Below are positions 1 through 9,045 of a DNA stretch of 64,000 bases, one piece after another (positions within the stretch are counted from its first letter, which is position 1; the number at the start of each line of letters is the position of its first letter). The stretch is from a virus: the IMG/VR virus record IMGVR_UViG_3300030060_004277, positions 1 through 64,000 of that record; one strand, given 5' to 3'. The notes below the pieces were generated by a model. The model saw only the letters and a list, made by a program, of their open reading frames with translations, had not been told where the DNA came from and did not search any database. The translations under genes and the position numbers were made by a program.

Positions 1-1452
1 GAGTTCGGGGAACAAGGAGAGAAGATGGATGCGGATGTTCGCACATGGTGGATTGAGAACTTCGACGAGTTCGTTGACTACTGTGTGCGTGACACCACTC
101 TCCTCAGAAGATGCACGGAGAAGGTGAGTGCAATACCCTTCTTCACTACCATGCAGAAGTTCTGTGGTGTGAGATTTCAATCCACACACAACGTATCCAA
201 TTACATTCGAGGGCTGATAGGCAGGAGGACTGACCTGAAAGGCCCATCACTATTCAACAGAAAGAGGGAGGAGATGACGGCAGCGTACGTGCCCTCACCG
301 AAGCCGGGTAGATGGCCGGGAGTCGCTTGTATTGACTTCGCTGCTATGTACCCTCAGATTATCGTAGATGCCAACCTCTGTATCACTACTAAGGAGAAAA
401 GAGCAGGAGAGGGCATCAGAACAATCGAGAACAACACCCATTGGAATCAGAACAAGGTAGGAGTTCTACCCTCCCTCATCAGCGAGATGATGGAACTCAG
501 GAAGAAGTACAAGCGCAAGATGAACGAGACCGAGGATGAGGATACGAAGTTCAAGTACAACATGCTTCAATTGGCTGTCAAGGTCAACAGCAACGCTTGC
601 TATGGATACGTTTCACAGAAGGCTGTCGGTGGCGGCTGGATAGACCCAGACATCGGTGCTACAATCACTCATTACGGTAGGAGATGCATCAATATGCTAC
701 TATCGGAGAGTGAGGTGCTTGGATACAAGGCTCTTGCCGGGCATACGGACTCTGGATATGTTCAGTGTCCTTTCAATGAAGTCGATGACCTCGTAGGCAA
801 ACTGAACGACAAGATACAGACGTCTCTTGACCTACCGGGTATGAACATAGAGTTCGAGGCTTACTTCGACTATTGGACCACAGCCAATGTCAAGAACAGG
901 AACTTTGGCATCATCACTTGGCCTGAGAACAAGAAGGGCACAATGAAGGTGACAGGTTTCGCATACAAGGCGTCTAGTGTATCTCCGCTAACTAAAGAAG
1001 TCTCAGAGGTTCTCTTCAGGAAAGTAGGCACGGGAGCGGAGGAAAGAGAAGTGACAGATGCAATCAGGGATTTCTCAGTATCAGTCTTGAGTGGAGATTG
1101 GGGCATGGACAGACTTGCTCCCTATGGTAGGATAGGCAAGGAGAACTACAAGAACACACCACCGCTCTCAGTCAGAGCAGCGAGGTATTACAACGCCCAC
1201 ATGGACCCCATAGACCCCGTAAGGGTCGGGGATAGCATCAGGTGGTTGTATGTATCTAAAGTACCAGAGGATATGCCATATACAGAGGTAGCAGCATTCA
1301 GGAACCCAGTTGAGTTAGAGGGCTTCTCAGTCGATTACGGATTGATTGTTGACAAGTTCATCAAGGCCAAGATAAAGAGGGTCTACGACACTCTGGGTTG
1401 GGAGTCTCTCGATGAGGCATGTGGGGCCAAGATGCCCAAGAGTCATTGGTGA
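1..1452 (+). CDS. polB: Family B DNA polymerase, 5' truncated by the window edge
   Basis: Frame is open from base 1. ExoIII YCVRD, motif A DFAAMYP, motif B KVNSNACYG, variant motif C GHTDS. Confidence 0.95.
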   Translation, partial: EFGEQGEKMDADVRTWWIENFDEFVDYCVRDTTLLRRCTEKVSAIPFFTTMQKFCGVRFQSTHNVSNYIRGLIGRRTDLKGPSLFNRKREEMTAAYVPSPKPGRWPGVACIDFAAMYPQIIVDANLCITTKEKRAGEGIRTIENNTHWNQNKVGVLPSLISEMMELRKKYKRKMNETEDEDTKFKYNMLQLAVKVNSNACYGYVSQKAVGGGWIDPDIGATITHYGRRCINMLLSESEVLGYKALAGHTDSGYVQCPFNEVDDLVGKLNDKIQTSLDLPGMNIEFEAYFDYWTTANVKNRNFGIITWPENKKGTMKVTGFAYKASSVSPLTKEVSEVLFRKVGTGAEEREVTDAIRDFSVSVLSGDWGMDRLAPYGRIGKENYKNTPPLSVRAARYYNAHMDPIDPVRVGDSIRWLYVSKVPEDMPYTEVAAFRNPVELEGFSVDYGLIVDKFIKAKIKRVYDTLGWESLDEACGAKMPKSHW

Positions 1453-1456
1453 TATT

Positions 1457-1708
1457 ATGAGTAGGATAGAGGATGAGGTATGCAAGAGAATACAGGAGAG
1501 AGCGGAAGTAGGCAAGAGCAAGTACGGCGTCACGATGGAGACCGCTCCTCTCTCACAACTAGAGTGGTTGATTCATGCACAAGAGGAGGCCATGGACCTA
1601 GCGGTATACTTACAGAAACTAATAGAGGCTGAGAAAGAGAGGCAGGAGATAAAGAACATTAGAGCGGATTATATCAGAGCGAAGTTGAGGGAGTTGGAGA
1701 GCGAATGA
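1457..1708 (+). CDS. Small all-alpha NTP pyrophosphohydrolase-like (MazG-like) protein
   Basis: GKSKYG...WLIHAQEEAMDLAVYL acidic EExxD pattern. Start moved to ATG 1457 because of GGTGAT SD at 1448-1453. Confidence 0.6.
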   Translation: MSRIEDEVCKRIQERAEVGKSKYGVTMETAPLSQLEWLIHAQEEAMDLAVYLQKLIEAEKERQEIKNIRADYIRAKLRELESE

Positions 1709-1830
1709 TATCTAAGTGCAACTGCGGATGGCAGGGTCTGACTGGCACGATGATAGTGAAAGGCACACCCATGTGTCCTAATTGTCGCAAGCCATTCTCA
1801 CAGTTCAGATGCGAGGGGTGTGGAGAATGA
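1705..1830 (+). CDS. 41-aa Cys-rich Zn-finger microprotein (not in ORF track)
   Basis: MISKCNCG...CPNC...CEGCGE. ATGA overlaps with both neighbours. Confidence 0.7.
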   Translation: MISKCNCGWQGLTGTMIVKGTPMCPNCRKPFSQFRCEGCGE

Positions 1831-2768
1831 AGTTCAACCCCAACAAAACTGCCTTCTTCGAGAACAAGGAGTATCACGATGATGAGTTGCTCAAGTCTTA
1901 CGAAAACAGCACGTACGCTTGGGACCCATCGATGAAGGACAAGATACTCAGGGTGAGCAAGTCCTCGATGGGCACTCACGGCTTCTGCCAATACCAATAC
2001 AAATTACAATACATACATCAAATGCCCGTAGATGAAAACTACACTATGATACGTGGTACTAACGTACACGCCATAGTCGAGTATTTCTGGGACCATGTGG
2101 ATGAGGTATTGCCACAGGTTCTGGAGCACATAAGTAAAGGCAACGAGTATGCAGCACAGGAAACACTGAGAAGCGTCATACCAAAGCCACCCGAACCCTA
2201 TGCATATGGAGAGGATGCAGTCATAGAGAAGTGGCTGGAGTGGCAGTTCAAGAGACTACTATTGCTAGATGATGGAAAGAATTGGAAGCCTGTGGGTAAT
2301 GAGGTATCTTTCCACGCAAAGAAGGATGTAGATATTGGTGGAACAGTCTATCCAATACACATGAGAGGTTTCATTGATACTATCTTCTCAGATGGTGAGG
2401 GTGGCTTTGTCTTAATGGAATTGAAGACAGGTAAATGGAACTTGAAGAAAGCCGGACAGATGAGACCGGAGATGCAATTCTACAGGCTGGCCCTAGAAAT
2501 GGGACAGTTCACTAAGTTCCTACCAGTGACGCACTGGGCTTGGGAGTTCCCGAATGGACATGAGAATGGCATCAAGGACGAATGGGAAATAGAGGAAATC
2601 GGTACTAGGAAGACGAGTTATGCACCGAGGACCGTAGAGAACAAACTGAAGAAACTCGTCAAATCACATGTTGAGAACTCATTCCCGCCTGAACCACATG
2701 CGCGTAAATGCGAGTGGTGTGACTACATGGAGATGTGTCCGGCATGGAATGATAATGTGGAGGAATAG
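1827..2768 (+). CDS. Cas4/RecB-like PD-(D/E)XK exonuclease with 4-Cys Fe-S cluster
   Basis: GFC...RGTNVH, RGFID, ELKTG, QFY, C-terminal CEWCDYMEMC. Start at coupled ATG 1827. Confidence 0.88.
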   Translation: MKFNPNKTAFFENKEYHDDELLKSYENSTYAWDPSMKDKILRVSKSSMGTHGFCQYQYKLQYIHQMPVDENYTMIRGTNVHAIVEYFWDHVDEVLPQVLEHISKGNEYAAQETLRSVIPKPPEPYAYGEDAVIEKWLEWQFKRLLLLDDGKNWKPVGNEVSFHAKKDVDIGGTVYPIHMRGFIDTIFSDGEGGFVLMELKTGKWNLKKAGQMRPEMQFYRLALEMGQFTKFLPVTHWAWEFPNGHENGIKDEWEIEEIGTRKTSYAPRTVENKLKKLVKSHVENSFPPEPHARKCEWCDYMEMCPAWNDNVEE

Positions 2769-2770
2769 AA

Positions 2771-3070
2771 ATGAACGAAAACTTAGAAGTAATGAAAATC
2801 CTACTAGAGGATTACATAGATAGCGCAACAGAAGAAATGATAGACGTAAGGGTGATACCCGGCAACTTAGGTGTGAGCAAAGCATTCAGAGCCACTCTAA
2901 GTAGACAGATGACCTTAGATGACTATATGGAGAAGAATGAGAAGAGCATTCCCTCTTTCCTAGTCTACGAGGTATTTGTCAATCCCCGCTTCTTTATGAA
3001 GTGGACACCCAGAAAGATGGCAATGGAAATTCGTCAGGACTTCATTAAGCAGATGCAACAAGAGGGATAG
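2771..3070 (+). CDS. Hypothetical protein
   Basis: Fills the operon gap exactly; GGAGG upstream. Confidence 0.7.
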   Translation: MNENLEVMKILLEDYIDSATEEMIDVRVIPGNLGVSKAFRATLSRQMTLDDYMEKNEKSIPSFLVYEVFVNPRFFMKWTPRKMAMEIRQDFIKQMQQEG

Positions 3071-3071
3071 G

Positions 3072-4184
3072 ATGCCCTTTATTGAACTGGACTTCCCTAG
3101 GGAGGTTCTTGAAATAGGCCACAATGGTAGGAATGGTGGAAGGTATCTGGTAAGGAACTGGGATGAACTAGAGAGATACTGGAAGGGGAAGAACGGCAGA
3201 GGTAATGCGTATTTCACCGCCTATGGATATAGAAGGACCAATCCACCAAAGCATCATAGGGTCGAATACAACAGTGCGATTGTCAGACACTTCGTTATGG
3301 ATTTCGATTGCAAGGATTTCAAGAATCGTGGGCAGAAGGTTGACTTTGGTTTCATGCAAGAGCAAGTGAGGAGACTCCACAAGCACTTTCTCGATAATGA
3401 CTTCAGGCACTTCGTCTGGTTCAGTGGTGGTGGCTACCATATCTACGTACCGATATCAGATACACTCACACCTACGGACGGACTAGAGGTCACTAGGATA
3501 AAGCAGGGTGGGAGAAACCTACTCAGGAAATGGCATAAGAAGTTGGACCTGTCCTGCAATGACCCTACAGTGGCTTTTGACCTAGCCGGTATGATACGCA
3601 TACCCAACTCATACAACATGAGAAGAGGGTGTTGGACCATTCCGCTCAATAGCCATGAGATACTAAACTTGTCTCATGAGGAGTTGATAGAACTAGCACA
3701 GGACCCTAGAGAGGGATACATAGGGATAGGAAGGAAGGATATTGATTTGATACTTCCTGAGAAGCGAGAGTCAAGGTTCAAATCAAGAAGAGGTGAAATG
3801 AAAGACCTTCCAAGTATATCACTTAATAACATCAAGGTTCTACCTTGTCTTGCGCAGGCTGCTCTAGGTGAGGGAAACCCGATACATCGAGCGAGGTTTC
3901 ATCTGGCATCCTATCTGGCTGACAGGCTGAGATGGTTCTTCCCACCAGAGAGCGTGCCTATCAAGAAGAAGGAAGAGCACGTCAAGCAGATAGTGGATAT
4001 ACTAAGCAAGCAGGGTTGGGTGGATTGGGATAGAGACATCACTACTACGCAGGTCTCTAGCATAGTGATGGGAAGCAACGGCCACAGTGGATATAAACAT
4101 GCTAATTGTCTGACGCTCATGCAGGAGGGACTTTGCGTGGGTAAGTGCGAGTTCTATGACGGAACCGCAGAGGTGGTCGCTTGA
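3072..4184 (+). CDS. Archaeo-eukaryotic primase, PriS-PriL(CTD) fusion
   Basis: AEP motifs DFD, SGGGYH, RIPNSYN. C-terminal PriL-like LPC...HRARFHLASYL...C-x8-C-x3-C. Confidence 0.88.
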   Translation: MPFIELDFPREVLEIGHNGRNGGRYLVRNWDELERYWKGKNGRGNAYFTAYGYRRTNPPKHHRVEYNSAIVRHFVMDFDCKDFKNRGQKVDFGFMQEQVRRLHKHFLDNDFRHFVWFSGGGYHIYVPISDTLTPTDGLEVTRIKQGGRNLLRKWHKKLDLSCNDPTVAFDLAGMIRIPNSYNMRRGCWTIPLNSHEILNLSHEELIELAQDPREGYIGIGRKDIDLILPEKRESRFKSRRGEMKDLPSISLNNIKVLPCLAQAALGEGNPIHRARFHLASYLADRLRWFFPPESVPIKKKEEHVKQIVDILSKQGWVDWDRDITTTQVSSIVMGSNGHSGYKHANCLTLMQEGLCVGKCEFYDGTAEVVA

Positions 4185-4483
4185 ACAGATGTGTCAAGTG
4201 CAACGCGAAACTAGGGTCTAGGAATGGAAATAAGAACAAAAGGAGTTTCACTAAACTATGTGTCAAATGTTACAAGAACCCAAGTCATCAGAATAGATGC
4301 ACGTATACCAAGAAAGACGGAAGCAGGTGCAAATTGAGAAAGAGTCACAAATCAGACAAGTACTGCGGCATACACATAAAGATGGATAGTAAAAGCAAGA
4401 GAATGCGTGAACTCCTCAACTCCCATAACAAGGTATACCACATAGGCGAAATTGTAAGACGGGAGCGTGAACGTAATGGCTGA
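4181..4483 (+). CDS. Basic Cys/His-rich Zn-finger protein
   Basis: CVKC...CVKC and CTYTKKDGSRC...YCGIH. TTG start overlaps the upstream stop, with GAGGTGG SD. Confidence 0.65.
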   Translation: MNRCVKCNAKLGSRNGNKNKRSFTKLCVKCYKNPSHQNRCTYTKKDGSRCKLRKSHKSDKYCGIHIKMDSKSKRMRELLNSHNKVYHIGEIVRRERERNG

Positions 4484-5177
4484 TTTAGTAATAGATAGCA
4501 ATGAGAGAGGGGCTCTACATGACTCTGTGATTAGGAAGGCAGAGAGACAGGGACTACGTGTGGAGAAGAAGGTCTTGGTCGTAGGTGACTACCTCTTGGG
4601 CAATGCATGTGTCGAGGCTAAGTCAATCAACGACTTGTTCCAATCAAGCCACAGCGGTCACCTCTGGAGACAACTCGATAACATGGATGCCAACTATGAG
4701 CGATTCTTCCTACTCATACATGGTGGTATTGACAAGTACATAGCCATGAGTAAGAAGAATGGGAAGGCACTCACATACACAAGGGTGCAGAACGAACTCA
4801 TAGGTACGATAGCGAGGATAATGTCTGACTTCGATTGTCAGGTCTTCTTCACACCCAATCTGAGCGAGGCAGCGTTGTTCATAGTCAAACTGCACAACAA
4901 ATTGCACAAACCAGCATCTGCACACGGAGCGAGAGCAATCAGGAGAGTGAGCACTAATGATGTTAGGAAGGACATGCTACTCACCATACCCGGTATCGGA
5001 GCACAGATGGCTGACAGATTACTCACAGAGTGCGGGTCAATAGAGGAGATGTGCTTTCCCGAGTCCCTCAAGACAGTGAAGGGTTTAGGTGCCAAGACAA
5101 GAGAGAAGGTAATCCAAGTCTTGACCAGCGAAGAGCAGGTTCATATCGAGGCAAACAGGCTAAAACGTATAGATTAA
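4476..5177 (+). CDS. ERCC4/XPF (Hef-like) structure-specific nuclease with C-terminal HhH motifs
   Basis: IDSNE, GDY, VEAKSINDL (ERK-like), IPGIG and VKGLG HhH motifs. Confidence 0.88.
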   Translation: MADLVIDSNERGALHDSVIRKAERQGLRVEKKVLVVGDYLLGNACVEAKSINDLFQSSHSGHLWRQLDNMDANYERFFLLIHGGIDKYIAMSKKNGKALTYTRVQNELIGTIARIMSDFDCQVFFTPNLSEAALFIVKLHNKLHKPASAHGARAIRRVSTNDVRKDMLLTIPGIGAQMADRLLTECGSIEEMCFPESLKTVKGLGAKTREKVIQVLTSEEQVHIEANRLKRID

Positions 5178-5195
5178 AGATTGGAATAATAGGAA

Positions 5196-5230
5196 TTATA
5201 ATATAGTGACCAGTAATCAGGTCACTATAT
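5196..5230 (+). promoter_or_regulatory. TATA-like box followed by an 11-bp perfect inverted repeat overlapping the helicase start codon
   Basis: TTATAATA at 5196-5203. ATATAGTGACC (5201-5211), 8-nt spacer, GGTCACTATAT (5220-5230). ATG at 5229. Confidence 0.6.
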
Positions 5231-6620
5231 GAAGAGAGTAGAGCAATACGCGATAGTGAAGAAGAACCAGATATTCAGGGGATACCTAGAGCACTTTGGT
5301 AATACATCGATAGACAATGACATACCCGGTATGTTGTCCTTTTTCTTTATTCAAGGGCAACTTGCGGTGCCTTACATCAGGATACCTTGGGGTGCCTCTC
5401 ACTTAGACCCGAGAGTACACGCCTTCTGGATTCAATCGAGCAGGACTGGTAAGTCAATCGCTTGGGAGTTCATCGGTGACATATTGAAGGATATCGACAT
5501 CCCGACTGACATCTACACAACAGGCACTGATGCAGGTCTGATAGGTGGGTTCGAGGAGTTCAAAGACGGTGATGGCAATATAGAGACCGTTGAGAAGGAA
5601 GGATTCCTCAACGGGCGTAAGGCACTGAACTTCGACGAAGGTTCAATCATCCTCAATCCGAACAAGCACAGTCAAGAGACTGTCCTGTATCTACAATCAG
5701 CCTGCAACCCCGTTGGTAGCAACAACAACATACTCGTCAAGCACACTAAGGCAGGTAGGATAGAGACCGAATCGCTGGTGTCACTGTGGATTACCACTTA
5801 CCCACCATCGGGTGTCAAGGAGTACGTTCTCACTAAGGGTATATTCCAGAGAGTACTGCTATACTGGTCTAACTGGAGTATGGATAGGAGAATGAACGTC
5901 AGCATGAGAAGGGCGGATTCAGCATTCAAAAAGATTCCAAAGACAAATATCAGTTATGAAGACATAACAACCTACTTCAGAGACCTTGAGAAGAGACTGA
6001 GGAACAAGGTCCTCGAAGTCACAGAGACGAAATTCGTCGAGTGGGACAACATGTCGAGGAAAGAGCAGGAAGAACTGCTTCAGGAGTCAATGACTGACGT
6101 CTTAAGCGCCGATGATTCATTCTACCCTGCTATGTACACAGCCATAGAGGACTACTACGCCTTGCTCACTGGTCTAGGACCGGGTATAGGTGACGTCGTT
6201 GCTTCATTCATACCAGCGATGGAGAACTACACAGTGATTCTCTCAACACACATAGCGTTGATGGAAGACACATGGGTTGTCAACGACGAACATGTGGACA
6301 TGGCCAAGGAGATTCTGTATGATTTGTTCAACAACCTCATAGAGTGGTTGGAGGGCGAAGTTGAGATAGGTGCTAAGATAGCGGAGAAGGCTAACCAGAA
6401 GGCTAGGTGGCTCGCTGCTCATGATGCCTCTAACCCATTTGACTTGGGTGGTAGAGGTGACAACTGGAGAAAGCGCTCAGATATCATGGCTGCATACATG
6501 AACCAGAATCAAGTCACAAGGGGCACAGCATACAATCACTTCAACAAGTGGGCTACAAAGATGTTTGACCAAGGAAAGGATGGCAAAATCGTATTCCTAA
6601 GATTAAGAGATGACGCATAA
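5229..6620 (+). CDS. MCM-like AAA+ replicative helicase lacking the N-terminal MCM domain
   Basis: RVH...SSRTGKS Walker A, TDAGLIG, LNFDEG Walker B, IFQR putative arginine finger. Confidence 0.75.
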   Translation: MKRVEQYAIVKKNQIFRGYLEHFGNTSIDNDIPGMLSFFFIQGQLAVPYIRIPWGASHLDPRVHAFWIQSSRTGKSIAWEFIGDILKDIDIPTDIYTTGTDAGLIGGFEEFKDGDGNIETVEKEGFLNGRKALNFDEGSIILNPNKHSQETVLYLQSACNPVGSNNNILVKHTKAGRIETESLVSLWITTYPPSGVKEYVLTKGIFQRVLLYWSNWSMDRRMNVSMRRADSAFKKIPKTNISYEDITTYFRDLEKRLRNKVLEVTETKFVEWDNMSRKEQEELLQESMTDVLSADDSFYPAMYTAIEDYYALLTGLGPGIGDVVASFIPAMENYTVILSTHIALMEDTWVVNDEHVDMAKEILYDLFNNLIEWLEGEVEIGAKIAEKANQKARWLAAHDASNPFDLGGRGDNWRKRSDIMAAYMNQNQVTRGTAYNHFNKWATKMFDQGKDGKIVFLRLRDDA

Positions 6621-6817
6621 TGAAATTCCCTGAAAGTGAAGAAGAAGAGGACAGTGATTTATTCAGCACTTGCTCCGTTTGCGGAACTGACACTGACTTT
6701 GAAGGAAGAGGCGGAATTGCTGGATATTGGGGTATCATGCCGGTGGCCTTTTGCGAGTGGTGCCTCTCGTCGATGATGGATATGGCGAGCCAGTTGCTGG
6801 GAGTTGACGAAGAATGA
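6620..6817 (+). CDS. Small Zn-binding protein
   Basis: CSVC...CEWC; TAATG coupling to the helicase. Confidence 0.7.
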   Translation: MKFPESEEEEDSDLFSTCSVCGTDTDFEGRGGIAGYWGIMPVAFCEWCLSSMMDMASQLLGVDEE

Positions 6818-6945
6818 CTGATGATGTGGACCCACGAATAGCACTCTTTTGGATACAAGGATGCCGAACAGGAAATTCATGTGAGTATCCCACACTCGAT
6901 GTGAAACAATGGCAGAAGCAAATGGGGATTGGTGAAGAGGAATGA
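6814..6945 (+). CDS. 43-aa microprotein (not in ORF track)
   Basis: MTDDVDPRIALFWIQGC...GEEE; ATGA overlaps at both ends. Confidence 0.6.
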   Translation: MTDDVDPRIALFWIQGCRTGNSCEYPTLDVKQWQKQMGIGEEE

Positions 6946-7550
6946 CTGATGTGATGGCATTGGATATAGAGACTAGCAACTACTCATGGGAGATTGGTGG
7001 ATGGGAGAACAAGGCTCTCTTCGACCCTACGGTGGTAGCGACATGGGACGGTGATAATGCGACTGTATTCTCCAAGCAGGAGATAGACATAGATGGAGTG
7101 GAGGTGCTGCCACTACATCCTAGAATACTGGGTGACCACATCACCGATTTCGTAGAGAAGGGAGGTAAGATACTTGGGCACAATATCCTAGGTTTTGACT
7201 TCCCTGTCCTAAGAGAGTCCCTCGATTGCTGGGCTGTGGGAGACGTCATGCAGAAAACTGAGACCGTCTTTGACACGAAGACCATGTTTCAGAAAGCCTC
7301 GCTACCATACGGTGTGTTAGAGATGTCATTGAACACTCTATCCAAACACAATCTCAATCAAAGCAAGTTGATGGAAAGCATAGAAGCACCAGAGGCTTGG
7401 GCACAAGGTAGGTTTGAAGACGTAATCAAATATTGCGTAAGCGATGCACAGTTGACCTACGACCTCTACGTACATGGTAGAGACAATGGCATCATCAAGT
7501 CACGCTCCTTGGAAACCGGGGAGATAGTAGAAGTAGAAGTAGAGTGGTAA
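6942..7550 (+). CDS. Stand-alone DEDDy 3'-5' exonuclease (RNase H-like fold)
   Basis: ExoI LDIET, ExoII GHNILGFD, ExoIII YCVSD. Confidence 0.88.
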   Translation: MTDVMALDIETSNYSWEIGGWENKALFDPTVVATWDGDNATVFSKQEIDIDGVEVLPLHPRILGDHITDFVEKGGKILGHNILGFDFPVLRESLDCWAVGDVMQKTETVFDTKTMFQKASLPYGVLEMSLNTLSKHNLNQSKLMESIEAPEAWAQGRFEDVIKYCVSDAQLTYDLYVHGRDNGIIKSRSLETGEIVEVEVEW

Positions 7551-7551
7551 T

Positions 7552-9045
7552 ATGACAGAGAACGAAAACGAAAACGCATTGAGAACGAACATAAACGCGG
7601 TGAAGACGATAGTCCACACTGTAAAGAGCACCCTTGGCCCTAACGGTAGAGACAAGATGATGGTAGACAGTGGTGGCAACGCCATAGTGACCAACGACGG
7701 TGCAACGATATTGAGGGAATTGGACGTAGCCCATCCGGGTGCTAAGATGATAATAGAGTGCGCTCACACACAGGAGAGTCTGTGTTACGATGGTACCACA
7801 TCCACAGTGGTGCTGGCAGGTCAGTTGTTGACCAATAGTGAGAACCTGATGAATCGCGGGCTTCACCCCAATCTAGTCTGCAAAGGATACAATGAGGCTG
7901 CGCATATGGCAACAGACTACCTCAGAGATTCACTATCCAAAGATGCCTCGGATGAAACCTTGACGTCTGTAGCAAAGACAGCGATTACGGGTAAGACATT
8001 AGACTCTGCAACTGAGACAGTGTCCCAACTTTGTGTGGAGGCAGTTAAGAAGGCAGGGGATGCAGAGAAAGTAAGAGTCCTCAGTCTACCGGGCGGCTCG
8101 CTCAGAGACTCTTATTTGTTCAACGGCGCCATAGTCAACAAGGACTATGTCATAGAACATGAGGTGGACATGGAGTGTGACATGTTGTTGGTCAACATGG
8201 GACTAGAGCCAGAGAAGACAGAGCAGAATGTGCAAGTTCAATTAGACATGAAGGGATACAACGCTTTCAAATCCTCTGATAGGGAGAACATGTTGGAGCA
8301 AGCAAAGAATCTCACTAAGCACTTACCCAAGGGTGGTGTGGTGTTTGTTAGAGATGGTGCTTCTGACCATGTCTGTGCTTATCTCAAGAAGCATAACATC
8401 GCAGTCGTAAGAAGACTGCCAGAAAGCACTATGAAGGCCCTATCATCCACATTAGGGCTACCCATAGCACAGATGCCCTCAGATGTAGAGTGTGCTGCAA
8501 AAGGTAAGATACACAAACAGAGACACTACGATGTGGACTACATATTCGTAGAGGGCATGGTCGACTCTGACCAATCTACACTCGTGCTACGTGGCGCGAC
8601 AACAACAACCTTGGATGAGATAGAGCGAGGCTTTGACGATGCCCTAGGGGTTGTCTCTCTTGTGATGAATGGTGACGGTGTCGTTGCTGGTGGTGGCAGC
8701 ACCTATGCTTCAATGGCCTCGTACCTACGCTCACAAGCAGCAACCGTAGAGGGAAGAGCACAAATGGCGATAGAAGCGTTTGCTGAGGCCTTGGAGATTA
8801 TTCCTGCTACCATAGCGGAGAACGGTGGCCAAGACCCATTGGATTGTATATTGAGCCTGAGACACGCAATTCAAGACGGTTCATTGGACATGGGTCCGGA
8901 TTTAGAAAACGAAGGCATAGTATCGATGAATAAATTAGGTGTCGTAGAGCCATGCTCGCTTGTCAGACAGGCAGTATTGAGCGCGACCGAGGTCACCACT
9001 GCTATTCTCAAGATTGATGATGTAATAGCAAAGAGAGGAGCATGA
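7552..9045 (+). CDS. Group II chaperonin (thermosome-like)
   Basis: STLGPNGRDKM, TNDGATIL, DGTTST, AGGG, ILKIDDVI. Confidence 0.95.
   Translation: MTENENENALRTNINAVKTIVHTVKSTLGPNGRDKMMVDSGGNAIVTNDGATILRELDVAHPGAKMIIECAHTQESLCYDGTTSTVVLAGQLLTNSENLMNRGLHPNLVCKGYNEAAHMATDYLRDSLSKDASDETLTSVAKTAITGKTLDSATETVSQLCVEAVKKAGDAEKVRVLSLPGGSLRDSYLFNGAIVNKDYVIEHEVDMECDMLLVNMGLEPEKTEQNVQVQLDMKGYNAFKSSDRENMLEQAKNLTKHLPKGGVVFVRDGASDHVCAYLKKHNIAVVRRLPESTMKALSSTLGLPIAQMPSDVECAAKGKIHKQRHYDVDYIFVEGMVDSDQSTLVLRGATTTTLDEIERGFDDALGVVSLVMNGDGVVAGGGSTYASMASYLRSQAATVEGRAQMAIEAFAEALEIIPATIAENGGQDPLDCILSLRHAIQDGSLDMGPDLENEGIVSMNKLGVVEPCSLVRQAVLSATEVTTAILKIDDVIAKRGA

Noticed and set aside
1-1708. Z-base (2-aminoadenine) genome system
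   Set aside because: No PurZ or HD-family dATPase in the window; a MazG-like gene alone is insufficient.
1827-2768. CRISPR-Cas system suggested by the Cas4-like gene
   Set aside because: No array and no other cas genes; solo Cas4-like nucleases are common in archaeal virus replication modules.
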